From NCBI GenBank assembly GCA_963752715.1, contig CAVVZQ010000007.1:72215-136214 (forward strand): 64,000 bases of DNA, written 5' to 3'. The position numbers and the translations under genes were made by a program. The first letter of the stretch is position 1. Each line of letters begins with the position of its first letter. This document shows positions 58,673-64,000 of the stretch, one piece after another. Under the pieces are notes generated by a model. It ran no database searches, was not told the DNA's origin, and saw nothing but the letters and a program-made list of their open reading frames with translations. The stretch comes from an uncultured Actinomycetota bacterium (GTDB lineage Bacteria > Actinomycetota > Actinomycetes > Mycobacteriales > CAVVZQ01).

Positions 58673-59953
58673 CTACGCCCTCGGGGCCAGCTCCGCCAGG
58701 GGCACGTCCGGGTCCCGCAGCCGCGCCACGTCCACCACGGCCCGGGACCGGATCAGCGCCTGGAGGTCCCCTGTCACGTCCCAGATGTTGCCGTTGAGCG
58801 CGGCCAGCACCGTTACGCTCCCGGCCTGCACCCGGTGCACCCAGAAGGCGATGAACTCGCGCGCCTCGACGTCCCCCCGGAACACGACCTCGTCGTAGCC
58901 GCCCGGGTCGATCCAGCCGCTGTACTCCATGCCGAAGTCGTACTGGTCGGAGTAGAAGTACGGGATGCGGTCGTAGACGACGTCCCCGCCCAGCATGGCT
59001 CGGGCCGCCGCCGGCCCGCCGTTGAGTGCGTTGGCCCAGTGCTCCACCCGCAGGCGCCGCTGGTAGAAGGGGCTCCACAGGTTCACGCAGTCGCCGGCGG
59101 CGAACACGTCGGGGTCCGATGTCCGCAGGTGCTCGTCCACGAGCACGCCGTTGTCCACTGCGAGCCCCGCTGCCTGAGCCAGCGATGTGCTCGGCCGTAC
59201 CCCGATCCCCACGACGACGACGTCCGCCGGGATTTCCTCGCCGTCGTCCAGTGCCACCGCGCCGACACTGCCGGCCATGCCGGGCGCGAAGCCGGAGACA
59301 CCGGTACGCATCCGCAGCTCGACGCCGTTGTCGCGGTGCAGCTGCGCGTACACCGCACCCAGCTCCGGGCCCAGGACTCGTGCCAGCGGCAGGTCGACGA
59401 CATCCACGACCGTCACCTGGCAGTCGTGGGCCCGCGCCGCCGCGGCGACCTCCAGACCGATCCAGCCGGCACCGACCACCACCACCCGCGCACCGGCCTG
59501 CAGCACCTCGTGCAGCCGATCCGCGTCGGAGACCGTACGCAGGTAGTAGATGCCGGGAAGGTCGGAGCCGGGCAGGTCGAGCCGAATCACCTCGGACCCG
59601 GTGGCGAGCAGCAGCTTGTCGTAGCGCAGCTCTCCGCCCTCGACGCTGACCTCCCGCTCAGTGATGTCGATCTCGGTCGCCTCCGTACCCAGCCGCAGGT
59701 CGATCCGGTTCACCTCGTAGAAGCCGGGGTCTTCGAGGAACGCCTGGGTACGGGCCTGCTCGGCGTCGGCGCCGGACTTCGGCAGGTACGCCTTGGACAG
59801 CGGGGGCCGGTCGTAGGGCGGCTCATCCTCCTTCGCCAGGACGATCACGTCGCCGTCGAAGCCCTCCTCGCGCAGCGTCGCCGCCGCCTTGGCACCCGCC
59901 AGGCCTCCGCCCACGATGACGAAATGCTCGTCGCGTCGCGACATGCCCCCCAC
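58673..59953 (-). CDS. FAD/NAD(P)-dependent oxidoreductase (ferredoxin-reductase type)
   Basis: 'FVIVGGGLAGAKAA' and 'VVVVGAGWIGLEVAAA' dinucleotide folds. Confidence 0.85.
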   Translation of the reverse strand: MGGMSRRDEHFVIVGGGLAGAKAAATLREEGFDGDVIVLAKEDEPPYDRPPLSKAYLPKSGADAEQARTQAFLEDPGFYEVNRIDLRLGTEATEIDITEREVSVEGGELRYDKLLLATGSEVIRLDLPGSDLPGIYYLRTVSDADRLHEVLQAGARVVVVGAGWIGLEVAAAARAHDCQVTVVDVVDLPLARVLGPELGAVYAQLHRDNGVELRMRTGVSGFAPGMAGSVGAVALDDGEEIPADVVVVGIGVRPSTSLAQAAGLAVDNGVLVDEHLRTSDPDVFAAGDCVNLWSPFYQRRLRVEHWANALNGGPAAARAMLGGDVVYDRIPYFYSDQYDFGMEYSGWIDPGGYDEVVFRGDVEAREFIAFWVHRVQAGSVTVLAALNGNIWDVTGDLQALIRSRAVVDVARLRDPDVPLAELAPRA

Positions 59954-60030
59954 TCCCGTCCCGGCGCGCCCGCACCGCTCGCAGCGACTGACTACACACC
60001 GTACGCCAGCGTCGTCACGCCAGACACCCT

Positions 60031-60105
60031 CAGTCCAGACAGCCTCAGTCCAGACCGCCTCAGTCCAGACCGCCTCAGTCCAGACCGCCTCAGTCCAGAC
60101 CGCCT
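60031..60105. repeat. 15-bp tandem repeat (CAGTCCAGACCGCCT) x5 with degenerate flanking units
   Basis: Units at 60031, 60046, 60061, 60076 and 60091. Degenerate copies lie at 60016-60030 and 60106-60120. Confidence 0.95.
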
Positions 60106-60138
60106 TGGTTCAGTCAGCTTGAGACGACGCCGCCCGCC

Positions 60139-61476
60139 TCAGCCGAGGCGCGCCCGCAGTGCCGCGTGCGCCGCCAGCGCCGAGGTGTCCGTCATCGAGG
60201 CAACCGCGTCGATCACGACCCGGCGCCGTGCCGCGTCGTCACCCGCCTCCGCCCAGGCCTCCCGCCACGCCGGCGCCATGACGTCCGGGGCGCCCCGCGC
60301 CATCCAGGTGACGAGGTCGGAGATGACCTCCTGCTGCCACCGCCGCCGTGAGCGCGACTCCGCGCGCATCATGACGTAGCGTGCCGCCATCGCCTTGAGC
60401 AGTGCGCAGCGGGCCCGTTCCTCCCGGGGAACCTCCAGGTCGAGGTGGTACCGGCTCGCGGGGACCTCCCCCGAAGGCTCCTGCTGCACCCGCAGCGTGC
60501 GGCGTACGGCAACCGCGATGAAGTGCGAGATCAGTGTGCTCGTCAGCTGCTTCAGCGCCGCCTGAGCCACCCGGCCACCGTCGAACGGCGGCAGGTCACG
60601 CACCGCGGGGAGGTCGAGCAGGTCGTCCAGCATCGCCTCCAGGTACGCGGGGTCCTCCGGGGAGTAGAGCTGTCCCGCCAGCGCACACAGCGCAGCCCGC
60701 TCCGCGGAGTCCGAACGCAGCAGCTCAAGATCCAGGTGGCCGCCATGCACCGCGTCCTCCACGTCGTGCACCGAGTAGGCGATGTCGTCGGCCCAGTCCA
60801 TGACCTGGGCCTCCAGGCAGCGGCGCGGCCTGCCTGCTGAGGCGGGAGCAGTTCCCGCATCCGGGGAGGTGGACCGGACCCAGTCGAAAGCCGGGCGGTC
60901 CTCCGCGTACACCCCGAACTTGGGTGTACCCGTGCGGGGCTCGGCCATCTCCCGCGGCCAGGGGTACTTGATGGCAGCATCCAGCGATGCCCGTGTCAGG
61001 TTCAGTCCCGCACTCGCGCCGTCCGCGCGCAGCACCTTGGCCTCCAGCCGGGTCAGGATGCGGAAGGTCTGGGCGTTGCCCTCGAACCCCCCGCAGTCCG
61101 CCGCGAGCTCGTCCAGAGCGCTCTCTCCTGTGTGCCCGAAGGGCGGGTGCCCGAGGTCGTGCGCCAGGCACGCGCCCTCCACCAGGTCCGGGTCACAGCC
61201 CAGGGACTCGGCCATGGAGCGGCCGATCTGCGCGACTTCCAACGAGTGCGTCAGCCGGGTACGGGGAAAGTCGTCCTCGCCCACGACGACCACCTGCGTC
61301 TTCGCCGCCAGTCGCCGCAGGGCGCTGGAGTGCAGGATGCGTGCCCGGTCCCGCTCGAAGTCCGACCGGGGGATGGCCTCGGGGTCGGGGTCCTCCGCCA
61401 CCCAGCGCTCCCGATCCTCCGCGCCGTACGTCCCGGGAACCTGACGCACCTCACCCGCACGCGGAACGTGCGTCAC
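60139..61476 (-). CDS. dgt: dGTP triphosphohydrolase-like HD-domain protein
   Basis: 'RTRLTHSLEVAQIGR' and 'CLAHDLGHPPFGH'. Adjacent to dnaG, as is usual in Actinobacteria. Confidence 0.9.
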   Translation of the reverse strand: MTHVPRAGEVRQVPGTYGAEDRERWVAEDPDPEAIPRSDFERDRARILHSSALRRLAAKTQVVVVGEDDFPRTRLTHSLEVAQIGRSMAESLGCDPDLVEGACLAHDLGHPPFGHTGESALDELAADCGGFEGNAQTFRILTRLEAKVLRADGASAGLNLTRASLDAAIKYPWPREMAEPRTGTPKFGVYAEDRPAFDWVRSTSPDAGTAPASAGRPRRCLEAQVMDWADDIAYSVHDVEDAVHGGHLDLELLRSDSAERAALCALAGQLYSPEDPAYLEAMLDDLLDLPAVRDLPPFDGGRVAQAALKQLTSTLISHFIAVAVRRTLRVQQEPSGEVPASRYHLDLEVPREERARCALLKAMAARYVMMRAESRSRRRWQQEVISDLVTWMARGAPDVMAPAWREAWAEAGDDAARRRVVIDAVASMTDTSALAAHAALRARLG

Positions 61477-62264
61477 GCCGCGCCCCGGTCACCCACGATG
61501 CGGTAGTAGAGCAGCGCTACGGTCTCGCGTGCCACGTACTCCGCGTCCGAGGCGTCCAGGTCCTCGACCGAGGCACTCCCCGGCGCCCCGTCCGCGGCCG
61601 AGGCGTGGGCCTCGATGCCCAGGTCCCGTGCCATGGTCCTGGCCCGCAGGCTGTGCGCAGGATCGGTCACGAGCACGGCGGAGGTCCACCCGTTCCGGTC
61701 GTACACCTCGGCCAGGCCCTCCATGCTTTCCAGGGTGTCGGCGCCGCTGCGGACCTCGACCAGGTCGGCACGCGGCACCCCCTGCTCGGCAAGCCAGGTG
61801 GCGCCGGCCTCCGCCTCGGTGAAGCGGTCTCCCGGCTGACGGCCACCTACGGTCACGACCGCCGGCGCCACGCCCTCCTCCCAGAGCGCGTAGGCGTGCT
61901 CGAGACGCCGTTGCAGCACCGGCGAGGGGCGGCCGTCGAACTGCGCCGCTCCCAGCACGACGATCGCGTCGGACCGCGGGCGCTCGTCCGTGTGGCCCAC
62001 CTGCCATACCTGGACTCCGGTCAGCACGACGATCGCCACGACGGCGGCCAGCAGCACCCCGAGCAGTCCCAGACCGACCCGACCGGCACGACCGGCACGA
62101 CCGGCACGACCGGCACGACGAGTGTGGCGCGCCGGGCCCGTGTGCCGGGTCAGAACCGTACCCGCCCCCACAGTCCTCACCTCATCCACCCGGTCCACCC
62201 GGTCCACACGGTCCCTACCGCCACGGAGCCATTGTCCCGCGCCCCCGGCACACGACTGCGGCAC
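61473..62264 (-). CDS. DUF218 (YdcF/ElyC-like) membrane-anchored protein
   Basis: 'AIVVLGAAQFDGRPSPVLQRRLEHA...VLVTDPAHSLRA'. The start is uncertain, and the 5' region carries 9-bp repeats. Confidence 0.7.
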   Translation of the reverse strand: MPQSCAGGAGQWLRGGRDRVDRVDRVDEVRTVGAGTVLTRHTGPARHTRRAGRAGRAGRAGRVGLGLLGVLLAAVVAIVVLTGVQVWQVGHTDERPRSDAIVVLGAAQFDGRPSPVLQRRLEHAYALWEEGVAPAVVTVGGRQPGDRFTEAEAGATWLAEQGVPRADLVEVRSGADTLESMEGLAEVYDRNGWTSAVLVTDPAHSLRARTMARDLGIEAHASAADGAPGSASVEDLDASDAEYVARETVALLYYRIVGDRGAA

Positions 62265-62356
62265 CGCGCCGAGTCCGTTTCATCCCGGATTCGGGGGTGC
62301 CGCAGCGTGTGTTCAGTTGTACCTACGTTCCCGAGGGTCCCCGAGGGACCCGAGGG

Positions 62357-64000
62357 TCAGCGGGTGTCGCCGCCACCGGAGGACACGGCCGCACGGCCTG
62401 CCTCCAGTCGCGCCACCGGAACCCGGAACGGCGAGCAGGACACGTAGTCGACGCCGGCGCCGTGGAAGAAGTGGATCGAGTCCGGGTCACCGCCGTGCTC
62501 GCCACACACACCCACCTCAAGGCCCGGACGTGCGGCCTTGCCGTCCGCCGTGGCCATCTCGACCAGCCGGCCCACCCCGTACGGGTCGATCGACTCGAAC
62601 GGGGAGACCCCGAAGATGCCCAGGTCCATGTACGGGCCGAAGAACGCCCCCTCGACGTCGTCTCGGGAGAACGCCATCGTCATCTGCGTCAGGTCGTTGG
62701 TACCGAAGGAGAAGAACTCCGCGGTCTCCGCGATCTCCGCCGCCGTCAGTGCCGCCCGGGGAACCTCGATCATCGTCCCGATCATGGCGTGGAGGTCGAC
62801 TCCGTACTCGTCCTCGACCCCTGAGATGACCTCGCTCGCACGCTCGCGCATGATCTCGAACTCCTGCACGAACGTGGTGAGCGGGATCATGACCTCGGGC
62901 CGCGGGTCCTTGCCGGCCTTCTTCAGCTCGGCCGCGGCCTCCGCGAGGGCCCGGACCTGCATCTCGTACAGGCCCTTGATCACCAGGCCGAGGCGGACGC
63001 CGCGCAGACCCAGCATCGGGTTCTGCTCGTGCATCTTGTGCACCGCGTCGTACACCTTCTCGCGGTCGGCCGACAGCGCGCCGCCCTCCGCCTTGGCCAG
63101 AGCGGACTCGACCTCCAGCTCGACGAGCGCCGGGAGGAACTCGTGCAGCGGCGGGTCGAGCAGCCGGACGATCACCGGCAGCCCGTCCATCGCCTCGAGA
63201 ATCTCGAGGTAGTCGCCCTTCTGCAGCGGCTTGAGGGCGTCCAGCGCCTCCGTCCGTCCCTCGTCGGAGTCGGCGAGGATGAGGTTCTCGACGAGCTGAC
63301 GCCGGTCACCGAGGAACATGTGCTCGGTACGGCACAGCCCGATGCCCTGAGCGCCGAACCGGCGGGCCCGGGTGGAGTCCTCCGGTGTGTCGGCGTTCGC
63401 GCGGACCAGCAGGCGGCGCTTCTCGTCCGCGTGCGTGATCAGCCGGTGCACCGCGTGCACCAGCGGGTCGTGGTCGTGGCGTACCTTCCCCTCGAAGTAC
63501 TGCACGACCGGGGAGTCCATGACGGCGACCTCACCCAGGAAGACGTCGCCGCTGGTGCCGTCGATGGAGATCACGTCGCCCTCACCGAGCACCGTCCCGT
63601 CCGGGATGACCAGCGTCTTGGCGGGCAGGTCGAGGTTCAGGTTCTCCGCGCCACAGACACAGGTCTTGCCCATACCGCGGGCAACCACGGCGGCGTGCGA
63701 GGTCTTGCCGCCGCGGGTGGTCAGGATGCCCTGCGCGGCGACCATGCCCTTCAGGTCGTCCGGCGTGGTCTCGCGGCGCACCAGGATGACCTTCTCGCCC
63801 CGCTCCGCCCAGTCCGCGGCCGTGTCCGAGTCGAAGACGATCTTGCCGACGGCTGCGCCCGGGGACGCGGCGATGGCCTTGCTGACCTGCTTGCGCGGGG
63901 CGTTGGGGTCGAAGTTGGGGAACATCAGCATCGTCAGCTGAGCCCCGGTGACGCGGTTGAGCGCCTCGTCCATGTCGATGACGCCCTCGTCCACCATCTG
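62357..64000 (-). CDS. ppdK: Pyruvate, phosphate dikinase (C-terminal ~546 codons; 5' end outside the window)
   Basis: Phospho-His region 'TTRGGKTSHAAVVARGMGKTCVCG' and PEP-utilising C-terminal domain 'NDLTQMT...SCSPFRVPVARL'. Confidence 0.9.
   Translation of the reverse strand, partial: QMVDEGVIDMDEALNRVTGAQLTMLMFPNFDPNAPRKQVSKAIAASPGAAVGKIVFDSDTAADWAERGEKVILVRRETTPDDLKGMVAAQGILTTRGGKTSHAAVVARGMGKTCVCGAENLNLDLPAKTLVIPDGTVLGEGDVISIDGTSGDVFLGEVAVMDSPVVQYFEGKVRHDHDPLVHAVHRLITHADEKRRLLVRANADTPEDSTRARRFGAQGIGLCRTEHMFLGDRRQLVENLILADSDEGRTEALDALKPLQKGDYLEILEAMDGLPVIVRLLDPPLHEFLPALVELEVESALAKAEGGALSADREKVYDAVHKMHEQNPMLGLRGVRLGLVIKGLYEMQVRALAEAAAELKKAGKDPRPEVMIPLTTFVQEFEIMRERASEVISGVEDEYGVDLHAMIGTMIEVPRAALTAAEIAETAEFFSFGTNDLTQMTMAFSRDDVEGAFFGPYMDLGIFGVSPFESIDPYGVGRLVEMATADGKAARPGLEVGVCGEHGGDPDSIHFFHGAGVDYVSCSPFRVPVARLEAGRAAVSSGGGDTR

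Noticed and set aside
56003-60379. 1458-aa plus-strand ORF
   Set aside because: It is antisense to rpoD, dnaG, the FAD oxidoreductase and dgt, all of which have strong motifs. It is a shadow ORF.

Overview
This is a high-GC, actinobacterial-type chromosomal window. Hand-counted 60-nt lines are about 70% GC in housekeeping genes.

**Layout**
- The right end (53.9-64 kb) is conserved core: tRNA-Asn, a principal sigma-70 factor, dnaG, dgt, a DUF218 protein and a partial ppdK.
- The middle carries ordinary metabolism: a four-gene biotin-dependent transcarboxylase-like operon (5S/12S/small subunit/1.3S), ccr, ferritin and WS/DGAT.
- The rest is accessory and strikingly decayed. At least 15 genes are frameshifted, truncated or reduced to short remnants.

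**Main observations**
1. A lower-GC cluster of four co-directional, frame-overlapping ORFs lies at 35.2-37.6 kb. None has a recognisable family, except that the last ORF ends in two PASTA-like repeats with no signal peptide or TM segment.
2. An AICE-like integration module (GntR, HTH, xis, int) abuts tRNA-Met(CAT) at 49.2 kb. Its low-GC cargo is a leaderless astacin-signature metalloprotease, a small 2-TM protein, a lipoprotein and a DUF1152-like protein.
3. A mazF toxin gene is split by a 4,104-bp insertion bounded by a 7-bp direct repeat. The insertion carries arsR-arsD-arsA and one copy of a 583/594-bp direct repeat.
4. A DUF4157 (HExxH) protein carries an uncharacterised Cys/His C-terminal domain.
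5. Several short tandem repeats sit in promoter or 5' regions.

No rRNA genes or CRISPR arrays were seen. All family calls rest on motifs read by eye from the translations. No database search was run.
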